This document shows positions 54,871 to 64,000 of a DNA stretch of 64,000 nucleotides, one piece after another. Positions within the stretch are counted from its first letter, which is position 1; every line of letters begins with the position of its first letter. The position numbers and the translations under genes are program-made. The notes below the pieces were generated by a model. The model was given only the letters and a program-made list of their open reading frames with translations. It was not told the origin of the DNA and did not search any database. The DNA is from an uncultured Gemmatimonadales bacterium (lineage in GTDB: Bacteria; Gemmatimonadota; Gemmatimonadetes; Longimicrobiales; RSA9), in contig CAVUKA010000001.1 in the NCBI GenBank assembly GCA_963741945.1, positions 32,001 through 96,000 on the forward strand, written 5' to 3'.

Positions 54871-55582
54871 AGCCGCCCTCCTCCTCGATCCGCTCCGCCG
54901 CCTCGCGCGGTGGGGCTTCCCGGCGATAGGGCGCCGACGGGCGGGACTCGCTGCGATACCCCCGCCCCGGCTCAGGGCCGTACACACCGCCATATCCCGC
55001 GGACGACTCGTAGCCCCGGCTCCCGGCGTAGCCACGGCCGGAATCGTACCCCCGGTCACGTCCGCCGCCCCGGGCCTCGGAGCCCGAGCTCTTCAGGAAA
55101 CGCGCGCCAGCCAGCCCCAGCGCGAACGCGCCACCAAGGAAGAGCGGCGCGTTGTCACGGGCGAAACGGCGCGCCTCGCGCGTCAGCCCATCCACGTCGC
55201 GCCGTTCCAGGTACCGCGACGCACCTTCCACGCGTTCCGCCACCGTCTCCAGGAAACGACTGTACTGCCGATCGTCTTCCGGCAGGTCCTCGCTCCCGCG
55301 CCGCAGCGCGTCCGCCACGGTCCGCATCCCGCCGGCGACCCGCTCCTTCTGCTCATCCGCACGTGAACGCGCCTCGCTCGCCGCTTCGTGCCCGAGATCC
55401 CGGGCCTTCTCCTTGCCCTCCTCCACCAGCTCGCGGCCACGGTCCCTGGCCTCCGCGGCGACGGCCTCGGCGCTCGACTCCGCCCGGTACACAGTGCTCC
55501 GCACCTTCTCCTTCGCCTTCCCGGTCGCGTTCTCCGGCTCCCGCCGCCGATGTCGTTCCGCCGACTCGTGTGATTCCGCCAT
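54863..55582 (-). CDS. hydrophilic helical stress-type protein (ElaB/YqjD-like)
   Basis: Charged helical N-terminus; 'FARDNAPLFLGGAFALGLAGARFLKSS'; RBS GGGAGA. Confidence 0.72.
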   Translation of the reverse strand: MAESHESAERHRRREPENATGKAKEKVRSTVYRAESSAEAVAAEARDRGRELVEEGKEKARDLGHEAASEARSRADEQKERVAGGMRTVADALRRGSEDLPEDDRQYSRFLETVAERVEGASRYLERRDVDGLTREARRFARDNAPLFLGGAFALGLAGARFLKSSGSEARGGGRDRGYDSGRGYAGSRGYESSAGYGGVYGPEPGRGYRSESRPSAPYRREAPPREAAERIEEEGGYA

Positions 55583-55717
55583 CTGATTCTCCCAGCTGGA
55601 TTTACATCGCCTGGCATGCGCGGCTCGCGGCCATGGGAAGGCGTGCGAGCCGTGTAAACATTTGATGCATTCGCTGTGCCGGACGCTCTGTCCGGAGCCG
55701 CCGGTGGGCGGGGGCGC

Positions 55718-57055
55718 TCAGTAGGCGTCGAAGCGCGGATTGACGATGGCGTTGTGGATGGAGCCGAACGTGTAGCTGAGGCCGACGGACAGGCGGTAGG
55801 TGAAGTCCGTCTGGAGCTCGGTGAGGCGGAGGAGGATCTCCTCGTTGGAAGCGCCCTCGGCGGGGAGTGAGATCTGGTCGTGGACGCGGCTGTAGCGGCC
55901 GCGGACATCGAGGGACAGCCCGCGCAGCAGGTTCACTTCGACATCACCGCGCCAGGTGATGCGGTACTTGGCGGCATCGGCCTGCGCCTGCGCCTCCGGC
56001 GTGGGCGCGTCGGGTGTCCAGTGGAGGATCTGCCGTCCCTCCACGGAGGAGTAGATGCTGCCCCAGGGCTGTCGCAGGGAGAGGGCGACGTTGAGCGTGT
56101 GGTCGAGGAGGCGGTCCCGCGTCTTGCCGTACAGCGTGACTTCGTCGTACGTGCGGTAGGCGGGGCCGAGGGTGTAGAGGATGGTGAGCTGGCGGCGGGT
56201 GGACTCGTCGTAGGGGAAGACGTCATACTCGATCCCGGGCGCCACGCGAGCGGCGAGGGAGATGTTGGAGTAGGTGGACGAGCTGAGGGAGCCGACCAGG
56301 CCTGCGGACCAGTGGGCGCCGAGCGCCTTGACGTTCATCCCGTCGAGGCGGTAGGAGCGCTGCACGGCGCGGGTGGTGGATCCGTCCTCGAGGGTGTAGC
56401 GGCTGTCGTCGTAATTCGACTCCAGGCCGAGCTCGGTCTTCCACTCGGGGGTGACGCGGTTCACGTCGACGCTCCCCTCGAGGGAGGTGCTCTTCTGGAG
56501 CGACTCGCCCTCGAGGCTGGTGCCGGCGCGCAGCCGGAAGACCCAGGCGTTCCAGGGATCGACCGCGACACCCGTGGCGGCGCCCGCGTGGATGTCTCCG
56601 GTGTAGGCCACGTCGAGGCCGGGTGCGAGAGCCGTACGGGCGACGAAGGGGACGAGCCCGATGCGGAGCCAGCGAGCGAAGCGCTGGCGATTCTCGTCGT
56701 CCGTGGTCGACGGGGGCGAGGAGAAGTGCAGGGTGTCCGCCCGCCCGAGGAACCCGTTCCGACCGATGAGCCTCATGGTGTAGGCGCGCCCGCCGCCGCC
56801 GGTCTCGTCGGTGGTGACGAGGACGTGGACGGCGGCATCCTGCCGGTTCCGGACCCATTCGATCCAGTCCATCTCGGTGCGCAGGTAGTCGAAGTCGCAC
56901 CCGGGCACCCGGTCCTGGCAGTCGAGATAGACGCGGAGACCGGCGGGCTCCGGCTGCTGCGCGGCGGCGCCGCGCGGCGCGAGACCGGCCCCGATGACGA
57001 GGAGGAGAGCAATGCCCAGGCGGCCCGGGCCGCCACGCGCGCCGATTCGATCCAT
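55718..57055 (-). CDS. hypothetical exported protein, probable outer-membrane beta-barrel
   Basis: Signal peptide ending AAAQ; N-terminal VYLDC..C domain; alternating amphipathic strands rich in Y/S/T/G; ends LSYTFGSIHNAIVNPRF. Confidence 0.7.
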   Translation of the reverse strand: MDRIGARGGPGRLGIALLLVIGAGLAPRGAAAQQPEPAGLRVYLDCQDRVPGCDFDYLRTEMDWIEWVRNRQDAAVHVLVTTDETGGGGRAYTMRLIGRNGFLGRADTLHFSSPPSTTDDENRQRFARWLRIGLVPFVARTALAPGLDVAYTGDIHAGAATGVAVDPWNAWVFRLRAGTSLEGESLQKSTSLEGSVDVNRVTPEWKTELGLESNYDDSRYTLEDGSTTRAVQRSYRLDGMNVKALGAHWSAGLVGSLSSSTYSNISLAARVAPGIEYDVFPYDESTRRQLTILYTLGPAYRTYDEVTLYGKTRDRLLDHTLNVALSLRQPWGSIYSSVEGRQILHWTPDAPTPEAQAQADAAKYRITWRGDVEVNLLRGLSLDVRGRYSRVHDQISLPAEGASNEEILLRLTELQTDFTYRLSVGLSYTFGSIHNAIVNPRFDAY

Positions 57056-57250
57056 GAACTCCGCTGGGTACGTATCCCTTGGGTCGGGGCTCGCAAGATG
57101 AACCCCGGGCGCTCCGCCCGCAAACACACCGGGCCCGGGCCCGGACCGTCATGCCCCGCCCGGCTTCTGCCCACCGCTTTCCGGGGCCGGGCGCAGGCCT
57201 TATCCTCCGATGTTCAACCGAACACTCATCCCGAATCCAGGAACCCGCCC

Positions 57251-60200
57251 ATGTCGCGGCTCACGGTGCCCGCCGTCCTGCTGATGGCGCTCTCGTCCGT
57301 CCCCTGCTTCGCGTCCGCCCAGTCCACGCGGCTCCTTCGTCAGCCCGATGTCAGCGACCGCTACGTGGCGTTCGCCTACGCGGGCGACATCTGGCTGGCG
57401 CCCAGAGCGGGCGGAGAGGCGAGGCGTGTGACGTCATCGCCGACAGTGGAGAGCGATCCGCACTTCTCGCCGGACGGCAAATGGCTGGCGTTCACGGGCG
57501 AGTACGGCGGCAACCCGGACGTCTACGTGGAGCCGGTGGCGGGCGGCGAGCCGCGTCGCCTGACGTGGCACCCGGGGCCCGACCAGGTGCGCGGCTGGAC
57601 GCCGGATGGCAGGAAAGTGGTGTTCGTCTCCACGCGCACGGGCGTGCCGGACGCGGAGCCGAAGCTGTGGACGGTGGCCGTGGACGGCGGGATGCCGGAA
57701 GCGATGGTGGTGCCGCGGGCGCAGGCCGGGGACGTGTCGCCGGACGGACGCTTCGTCGCCTACCAGATGGTGCGGCCGTGGGAGAACGAGTTCCGGAACT
57801 ACCGGGGCGGTCAGAACCAGCCGATCCGGGTGCTGGACCTGAAGGACCACTCGATGACGAAGGTCCCGTGGACGGACAGCCGGGACCAGCAGCCGGCCTG
57901 GCTCGGCAGCACGATCTACTTCATCTCCGACCGGGACTGGACCAACAACGTCTGGGCGTACGACACGCAGACAAAGCAGCTGAAGCAGATCACGCGCTAC
58001 CCCGACTTCGAGGTGGAGAGCGTGAACGCGGGCGCGGGCGCCGTGGTGTACGAGCAGGCGGGCGACATCCACCTGTTCGACCCCGCTGACGGTAGCGATA
58101 CCAAGCTCGACATCCGCGCCACCGGCGACTTCCCGTGGGCCATGCCGCACGCGGCGGAGGTGGGTGCGGACCTCACGGAGCCGCAGCTCTCGCCCACGGG
58201 CGTGCGCGCCGTGTTCGAAGCGCGCGGCGACATCTTCACGGTGCCGGCGGACAAGGGCACCTGGCGGAACCTGACCCGCTCCTCCGGAGTGGCCGACCGC
58301 ACCCCCGTGTGGTCGCCCGACGGGGAGCGAGTGGGGTGGTTCAGCGATCAGGATGGCGAGTACCGGTTCATGGTCGGCCCGCAGGACGGCACCAGCGCGC
58401 CGCGCGCGTACGATATCCCGCGGCCGACCTATTTCTACTCCCCGGCGTGGTCGCCGGACGGGACGCGGATCCTGTTCACCGACGCGGCCGTGCGGCTGCG
58501 GGTCCTGGACCTGGCATCGGGGAAGGTCACGGACGTGGACCAGGACACCTACACGTGGCCGGACCGGGACCTGGCGCCCACCTGGGCGCCGGACTCCCGC
58601 TGGATCGCGTACCAGAAGCGGCTGCCCGGCTCGCAGTACCACGCCATCTTCGTCTATTCCCTCGACGATGGCGCCACGCACCAGGTGACCGACGGGATGG
58701 CCGACGCCATCCACCCCGCGTGGGATCGGAGCGGCAAATACCTCCTCTTCCTCTCGTCCACCGACTGGGCGCTGAACACGGGCTGGCTGGACATGAGCTC
58801 GTACGAGCGCCCGGTGAGCCGCGGCGTCTACCTGGCCGTACTGCCGAAGGACGAGCCGTCGCCGATCCTCCCGGAAGCGGGCGACGAGCCGGGCGACAGC
58901 GCCACGCCGGGCACCGCTCGAGGCGGCGGCCGCGGCAAGGGCGCCGGCGAGGGGAACGGAGAATCGGCGGCGGACGCCTCGCCCCCCTCCGTTCGGATCG
59001 ACTTCGACGGCCTTTCGCAGCGGATCCTGGCGCTGGACGTGCCGAACCGGGACTACCGCCGTCTGCAGGCGGGGACGGCCGGGAAGTTCTTCTGGCTGGA
59101 GCGGGTCCCGAACCAGGGGATCATCCTGCACCGCTACGACCTCCAGGAGCGGAAGCTCGAGGACTTCGTCGCCTCGGCCGCCGCGCAGTACGCCCTCTCC
59201 GCCGACGGCAAGAAGCTGCTCTACCAGGCCGCGAACGAGCAGGGCCGGCCCACGCACCGGTGGTTCGTGGTGGACGCCACCGCGGCGCCGCCCTCCGGCG
59301 GCAAGGGCGCGCTGGCCACGCAGGGGATCGAGGCGCAGATCGACCCGCAGGCGGAGTGGCGGCAGATCTTCCGCGAAGCCGGGCGCATCGAGCGCGACTA
59401 CCTGTACGTGAAGAACCTCCACGGCGCCGACTGGCCGGCGATCCAGAAGGACTATGCCACGCTCCTGCCGTACGTGCGGCACCGCGCCGACCTGAACCAA
59501 CTGCTGGACCAGCTCCAGGGCGAGCTGGCCATCGGCCACAGCTTCGTGGGCGGCGGCGACATCCCGCGCGCCGACGCCTCGCCCGCCGGTCTCCTCGGCG
59601 CTGACATGGCCGTGGACCACGGCCGCTACCGGATCGCGAAGATCTACACGGGGGAGAACTGGAACCCGGAGCTGCAGGCCCCGCTCTCCGCGCCCGGCGT
59701 GAACATCCACGAGGGCGACTACATCCTGGCGGTCAATGGCGAGGCCATCACGCCGCCCGCGAACTTCTACGCACCGTTCGTGGGGACCGTGGGGCGCCAG
59801 GTGAAGCTGCTGGTGAACGGCCGCCCGAGCGAGGACGGCGCCCGCCTGGTCACCGTCGTTCCGATCCCCAACGAGGGCGGGCTGCGGACGCGGGACTGGG
59901 TCGAAGCCAATCGTCGCAAGGTGGACGAGCTTTCCGGCGGGAAGCTGGCGTACGTGTACGTCCCGAACACGGGACAGGGCGGCTACACCAGCTTCAACCG
60001 CTACTACTTCGCGCAGCAGGAGAAGCAGGGCGCGGTCATCGACGAGCGCTTCAACCACGGCGGGAGCATCGCCGACTACATGGTGGACGTCATGAGCCGC
60101 AAGCTCCACGGCTACTTCAACCAGCGCCTGGGCGACCACTACAGCGCCGTGACCGCCCCCGCCGCCGCCGTCTGGGGGCCGAAGGTGCTCATCATCAACG

Positions 60201-60574
60201 AGATGAGCGGCTCCGGCGGCGACATGTTCCCCTACATGTTCCACCAGATGAAGATCGGCCCCATGGTCGGGACCCGGACCTGGGGAGGCCTGGTGGGCCA
60301 CGGGGGGGAGCCCGACTTCATCGACGGCGGCCACATGTCGGCGCCCAGCACGGGCTTCTACGACCCGGATGGGAAGTGGGCCGTGGAGAACGAGGGCGTG
60401 CCGCCCGACATCGAGGTGGAGCAGACGCCCGCCGACGTCATCGCCGGCCACGATCCGCAGCTGGAACGCGCCGTGGCGGAGGCCATGAAGATGCTGCGGG
60501 AGAACCCGACGGTGCTGAAGCCGCAGCCGCCGGATCCCGTGCGGGTCCGGCCCCGGGGGGAGGCGCGGAGGTAG
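57251..60574 (+). CDS. tricorn protease homolog 2 (S41), secreted
   Basis: Signal peptide; LLRQPDVS..VAFAYAGDIW; ELAIGHSF; DERFNHGG; catalytic SGSGGD; TWGGLVG; ENEGVPPD. Confidence 0.93.
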   Translation: MSRLTVPAVLLMALSSVPCFASAQSTRLLRQPDVSDRYVAFAYAGDIWLAPRAGGEARRVTSSPTVESDPHFSPDGKWLAFTGEYGGNPDVYVEPVAGGEPRRLTWHPGPDQVRGWTPDGRKVVFVSTRTGVPDAEPKLWTVAVDGGMPEAMVVPRAQAGDVSPDGRFVAYQMVRPWENEFRNYRGGQNQPIRVLDLKDHSMTKVPWTDSRDQQPAWLGSTIYFISDRDWTNNVWAYDTQTKQLKQITRYPDFEVESVNAGAGAVVYEQAGDIHLFDPADGSDTKLDIRATGDFPWAMPHAAEVGADLTEPQLSPTGVRAVFEARGDIFTVPADKGTWRNLTRSSGVADRTPVWSPDGERVGWFSDQDGEYRFMVGPQDGTSAPRAYDIPRPTYFYSPAWSPDGTRILFTDAAVRLRVLDLASGKVTDVDQDTYTWPDRDLAPTWAPDSRWIAYQKRLPGSQYHAIFVYSLDDGATHQVTDGMADAIHPAWDRSGKYLLFLSSTDWALNTGWLDMSSYERPVSRGVYLAVLPKDEPSPILPEAGDEPGDSATPGTARGGGRGKGAGEGNGESAADASPPSVRIDFDGLSQRILALDVPNRDYRRLQAGTAGKFFWLERVPNQGIILHRYDLQERKLEDFVASAAAQYALSADGKKLLYQAANEQGRPTHRWFVVDATAAPPSGGKGALATQGIEAQIDPQAEWRQIFREAGRIERDYLYVKNLHGADWPAIQKDYATLLPYVRHRADLNQLLDQLQGELAIGHSFVGGGDIPRADASPAGLLGADMAVDHGRYRIAKIYTGENWNPELQAPLSAPGVNIHEGDYILAVNGEAITPPANFYAPFVGTVGRQVKLLVNGRPSEDGARLVTVVPIPNEGGLRTRDWVEANRRKVDELSGGKLAYVYVPNTGQGGYTSFNRYYFAQQEKQGAVIDERFNHGGSIADYMVDVMSRKLHGYFNQRLGDHYSAVTAPAAAVWGPKVLIINEMSGSGGDMFPYMFHQMKIGPMVGTRTWGGLVGHGGEPDFIDGGHMSAPSTGFYDPDGKWAVENEGVPPDIEVEQTPADVIAGHDPQLERAVAEAMKMLRENPTVLKPQPPDPVRVRPRGEARR

Positions 60575-60903
60575 CGGAGAACGGCAACAGCATCTCACGC
60601 GGAGACGCGGAGAGCGCGGAGAACGGCAACAGCATCTCACGCGGAGACGCGGAGAGCGCGGAGAACGGCAACAGCATCTCACGCGGAGACGCGGAGAGCG
60701 CGGAGATCGGCAACAGCATCTCACGCGGAGACGCGGAGAGCGCGGAGATCGGCAACAGCATCTCACGCGGAGACGCGGAGAGCGCGGAGATCGGCAACAG
60801 CATCTCACGCGGAGACGCGGAGAGCGCGGAGAACGGCAACAGCATCTCACGCGGAGACGCGGAGAGCGCGGAGAACGGCAACAGCATCTCACGCGGAGAC
60901 GCG
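60574..60903. repeat. tandem repeat, 42-bp unit, 7 full copies + 36 bp
   Basis: Unit GCGGAGA(A/T)CGGCAACAGCATCTCACGCGGAGACGCGGAGAGC at 60574, 60616, 60658, 60700, 60742, 60784, 60826 and 60868; copies 4-6 share an A>T variant. Confidence 0.97.
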
Positions 60904-60979
60904 AGCTGGCGCGGGCGAGGGGGGGCGGACAGCATTACTGTTTCGGATTGACCACGCCACTCTCGCCGGGAGGACCCGC

Positions 60980-62149
60980 GTGACGTCCCGATCGCACGAA
61001 GCGACGGCGCGCCGGCGGGCGGAAGCCGCCTTCCACCAGGCGCACGGACAGCCGCCGGAGCTCCTGGTCCGGGCGCCCGGTCGGGTCAACGTCATTGGCG
61101 AGCACACGGACTACAACGAGGGGTTCGTCCTCCCGGCGGCCATCGATCGCGAGCTGTGGATCGCGCTCCGTGGCCGCCCGGACGCGCGAGTCGGGATCCG
61201 CTCGGTGGAGCTCGGTGCCGGGGGGACGTTCGATCTGACCCGGGTCGACCGCGGGGGCGGTGCAGACTGGATCGAGTACGTGAAAGGGGCGGCCTGGGTG
61301 CTGCAGGACGGTGGCCGCCGCCTGCGCGGCTGGGACGGCGTGGTGGCGAGCGACGTGCCGGTGGGCGCGGGGCTGTCGTCGTCCGCTGCGCTGGAGATGG
61401 CCGTGCTGTGCGCGTTCTCCGAAGTGTCCGCGCTGCCGTGGGCGGAGGCGGAAGCAGCGTCGCTCGGGAAGCGCGTGGAGAACGAGTGGATCGGCGTGTG
61501 GTCGGGGATCATGGACCAGCTGGCTGTGGCGGCCGGGCGTCGCGACCATGCTCTTCTCATCGACTGCAGGTCGCTCGAGGTCGAGCCCGTCGGGCTCCCG
61601 CCCGGCGTCTGCCTCGTGGTGCTGGACACCGGGACCCGGCGGGGCCTCGTGGGGTCGGCGTACAACGAGCGCCGTCAGCAATGCGACGAGGCCGCCCGTC
61701 AGCTCGGCGTTCCCGCCCTGCGCGATGCCGCCCCCCCGCTCCTCGAGGCGAGGCGGGGCGCACTCGACCCGGTGGTGCACCGGCGCGCCCGTCACGTGGT
61801 CACCGAGAACGCGCGCACGCTCGAGGCCGCCGCAGCGCTGCGCGCTGGCGACGTCGCCCGCCTGGGCGCGCTCATGGATGCCAGCCATGCCAGCCTCCGC
61901 GACGATTTCGAAGTGAGCACGGACGCACTCGACACCATGGTCGAGCTCGCGGGCGCGCAGGATGGCTGCCTCGGCGCGCGGATGACGGGCGCGGGATTCG
62001 GCGGGTGCGCCATCGCGCTGGTCGAGAAGGATCTCGCGGGGGTGCTCACCGCCGAGGTGTCGCGTGGTTACCGGGACGCAACCGCGCTGCAGCCCACCGC
62101 TTACGTCTGCCGCGCCGCCGACGGCGTATCCGTGGAGCGGCGGAGATGA
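60980..62149 (+). CDS. galK: galactokinase
   Basis: APGRVNVIGEHTDYNEGFVLP, PVGAGLSSSAALE, GIMDQ, ARMTGAGFGG. Confidence 0.95.
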   Translation: MTSRSHEATARRRAEAAFHQAHGQPPELLVRAPGRVNVIGEHTDYNEGFVLPAAIDRELWIALRGRPDARVGIRSVELGAGGTFDLTRVDRGGGADWIEYVKGAAWVLQDGGRRLRGWDGVVASDVPVGAGLSSSAALEMAVLCAFSEVSALPWAEAEAASLGKRVENEWIGVWSGIMDQLAVAAGRRDHALLIDCRSLEVEPVGLPPGVCLVVLDTGTRRGLVGSAYNERRQQCDEAARQLGVPALRDAAPPLLEARRGALDPVVHRRARHVVTENARTLEAAAALRAGDVARLGALMDASHASLRDDFEVSTDALDTMVELAGAQDGCLGARMTGAGFGGCAIALVEKDLAGVLTAEVSRGYRDATALQPTAYVCRAADGVSVERRR

Positions 62150-62171
62150 CGCCACGCCGGCCCTGACACGG

Positions 62172-62723
62172 TCATTGCGTGAAGGCGTCCGAGAACTCGC
62201 TCCGGTCCCCGAATTCGTTCCGCGCGTCTTCGACGAGCGCCTTCAGATAGGGCCGGCCCTCTTCGCTCACGGCTCCCTCATCCAGCGCCCGGAGCGCCGC
62301 ACGGCAGCTCCGCGCGAGGTTCTCCAGTGCTTCACGCAGCGCATTGCGCCGGCGCCGGACGACGCTGTAGGCGTGCACCACCAGCGCAATGCCGGCGGCC
62401 AGGGCCACGCCGAGCCCGATCCAGATCATCAGCCCCGCCTGGCCGGGCGCAACGAATCGGAATCCGACGACGAGCAGGGCCACCACCGCGGAGCCGATCA
62501 CGCGACTCCACAGCTGGCGAAGACTGTCGCCGTACTCTTTCACCGCGGTCTCCGCATCGGTCGTGCGAATCACCACGGCGTCCACTGCCCGGTCGTCCAC
62601 GCCGGCGCTCGTCCTTTCGTGCTCGCTCGCGCCAACCCTGCCGGTACGGCTCACGCGACGGTGATCTCCCGGGCCTGGTACACCTCCCGGATCGGGGTCA
62701 GGAGCCGGATCCCCACGGGCCAC
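62172..62723 (-). CDS. hypothetical membrane protein (2 TM)
   Basis: Two hydrophobic helices; co-oriented with the upstream GGDEF gene; start uncertain. Confidence 0.55.
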   Translation of the reverse strand: MARGDPAPDPDPGGVPGPGDHRRVSRTGRVGASEHERTSAGVDDRAVDAVVIRTTDAETAVKEYGDSLRQLWSRVIGSAVVALLVVGFRFVAPGQAGLMIWIGLGVALAAGIALVVHAYSVVRRRRNALREALENLARSCRAALRALDEGAVSEEGRPYLKALVEDARNEFGDRSEFSDAFTQ

Positions 62724-62783
62724 AGGGAGTCCCGAAGGCTGCAGAATGCGTTCCGCGCAGGAGCGAGCTGCGCGGGTGCCGGG

Positions 62784-64000
62784 CTACTCGCCGCCTGCCG
62801 CCACGGCCGGAGCGGCGGCTGTGGCCGGGACCTGCGGATCGACTTCGATCGTGCGGTCGAGCAGGTCCCGCACCTTTCTGAGGAAAGGCTTCATCTCCAG
62901 CGGCTTGCCCAGGAACGCCTTGGGCTCGCCAGGGACCGAGGACCAGGGGATCTCGCTGCGGTCGTACCCCGAGATGTAGAGCGCGGGGATGGAGCCCCGG
63001 CTCCTTTCGATCATCTCCACCAGGGCGAACCCGTTCATCCCGGGCATGACCAGGTCCACCACCACCAGGTCCACGCCGCCCAGGTGCTCGCGCGCCAGCC
63101 GCTCCGCCTGCTCGGGGGTGCTGGCGGAGAGCGCGCGGTAGCCGGCGCGGCGAAGCATCGGGACGAGGACGCGCAGAACGCCCGCGTCGTCGTCCACCAC
63201 CAGGACCGTCTCCCCCGCCCCGAATCCGGCCTCCTTCGCAGCCCGGCGCGGGTGCCGACCGCCGTTCCGATCCACCGCGGGGCCGGTGTCGGCGCGCTCC
63301 AGCACCAGCGTGCGGTCTCCACCCCGGGTCTTCGCCCGGTACAGCGCCTCCTCGGCCTTGGCCAGGAGCACGTCGGGATGCGTCATCCCGGATTCGTACT
63401 CCGCCAGGCCCGCGCTCGCCGAGATGGGGCCCCAGGGCGCGTCGGCTTTCCGCAGGCGATCGAGGACCCGCTCCGCGAACACCTCCGCGCCCTTCATGTC
63501 GATGCTGTCGAGGATCGAGACGAACGTTCCGCCATCCAGCCGCGCGGACAGGTGCATCTCCCGCGTCAGCTCCGAGAGCGTGCGGACGAACGCCCGGAGC
63601 GCGTCGTCGCCGGCGCCCCGACCCCAGCGATCGTTGACCTGACCGAGGTTATCGAGGTTGAACAGCACCAGGGTCAGGGGCGCTCCCCGCTCCGCCGCCG
63701 CGAACGCCCGGTCCAGGTGCAGCATGGCGAAGCGGAGGTTCGGCAGCCCCGTGGCCGCATCGGTCAGCGCCATCTGCTCCGTTTCCCTGAGCTTCCCCTT
63801 CAGGACTGCGGCCAGTATCCCGGCGCCCAGCGACACCGCGATGAGCGAAACGGTGACGCCGAAGAGCACCACCACCGGTGGCGGCGGGGCGTCCCGCTGG
63901 ATGACCACCACCTGCGCCAGCGCGTACGCGGCCATGGCCCCGGCGAGGGCGGTGGAAGCCCCTTTCCAGCCGCAATGATAGGAGAGCAGGAATGGCGGCA
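62784..64000 (-). CDS. membrane-anchored degenerate GGDEF + C-terminal receiver domain protein (5' end off the right edge)
   Basis: Frame stays open to the window edge (..PFLLSYHCGWKGASTALAGAM); TDAATGLPN, VNDRWG..AGD, signature ARLDGGTF; REC domain VLVVDDD, VVDLVMPGMNG, ISGY, KP. Confidence 0.85.
   Translation of the reverse strand, partial: PPFLLSYHCGWKGASTALAGAMAAYALAQVVVIQRDAPPPPVVVLFGVTVSLIAVSLGAGILAAVLKGKLRETEQMALTDAATGLPNLRFAMLHLDRAFAAAERGAPLTLVLFNLDNLGQVNDRWGRGAGDDALRAFVRTLSELTREMHLSARLDGGTFVSILDSIDMKGAEVFAERVLDRLRKADAPWGPISASAGLAEYESGMTHPDVLLAKAEEALYRAKTRGGDRTLVLERADTGPAVDRNGGRHPRRAAKEAGFGAGETVLVVDDDAGVLRVLVPMLRRAGYRALSASTPEQAERLAREHLGGVDLVVVDLVMPGMNGFALVEMIERSRGSIPALYISGYDRSEIPWSSVPGEPKAFLGKPLEMKPFLRKVRDLLDRTIEVDPQVPATAAAPAVAAGGE

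Noticed and set aside
60574-60903. CRISPR array
   Set aside because: The units are contiguous and essentially identical, with no unique spacers, no leader and no cas genes in the window.
60376-60951. ORFs reading through the 42-bp repeat (RGD-containing AENGNSISRGDAES repeats; MLLPFSALSASPRE; RCCCRSPRSPRL)
   Set aside because: The unit is a multiple of 3 and lacks stops in several frames, so open frames are expected. They overlap the tricorn gene and have no convincing RBS.
60980-62149. GHMP kinase as the missing phosphomevalonate kinase
   Set aside because: It has the galactokinase-specific GRVNxIGEHTDYN signature and GIMDQ, and is far from the MVA operon.

Overview
Very GC-rich chromosomal segment from a diderm (LPS-producing) bacterium. 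The gene complement (orphan duplicated ABC permease, two tricorn proteases, DUF5683, split rfaE1) is reminiscent of Gemmatimonadota/Acidobacteriota, but that assignment is an impression only. About 47 CDS and one tRNA-Sec are supported; no transposase, integrase, prophage or CRISPR was seen. Lipid and envelope functions dominate, and two loci stand out. (1) An 11-gene, tightly coupled minus-strand operon (17569-30025) joins C35-hopanoid genes (shc, hpnH, hpnA, hpnG) to a precursor route resembling the haloarchaeal/Chloroflexi-type modified mevalonate pathway (IDI-2, class I HMG-CoA reductase, mevalonate kinase, probable mevalonate-5-phosphate decarboxylase, isopentenyl phosphate kinase). It also holds a single-enzyme squalene synthase and a GT4 glycosyltransferase, is followed by mprF, and is preceded by a strong terminator-like hairpin. 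(2) A three-gene operon (42413-52955) encodes an acyl-CoA dehydrogenase, a 2690-aa PfaA-like iterative PKS/FAS and a PPTase. The PKS has an unusual KS-AT-KS-ACP-ACP-KR-DH layout, and both ACPs carry Thr where the phosphopantetheine Ser normally sits. Also present: two MCE lipid-transport operons, a FakA-FakB fusion, an orphan selC, a ~7.9 x 42-bp tandem repeat and a degenerate GGDEF-REC protein. All calls come from motif recognition by eye, and start codons are best guesses.
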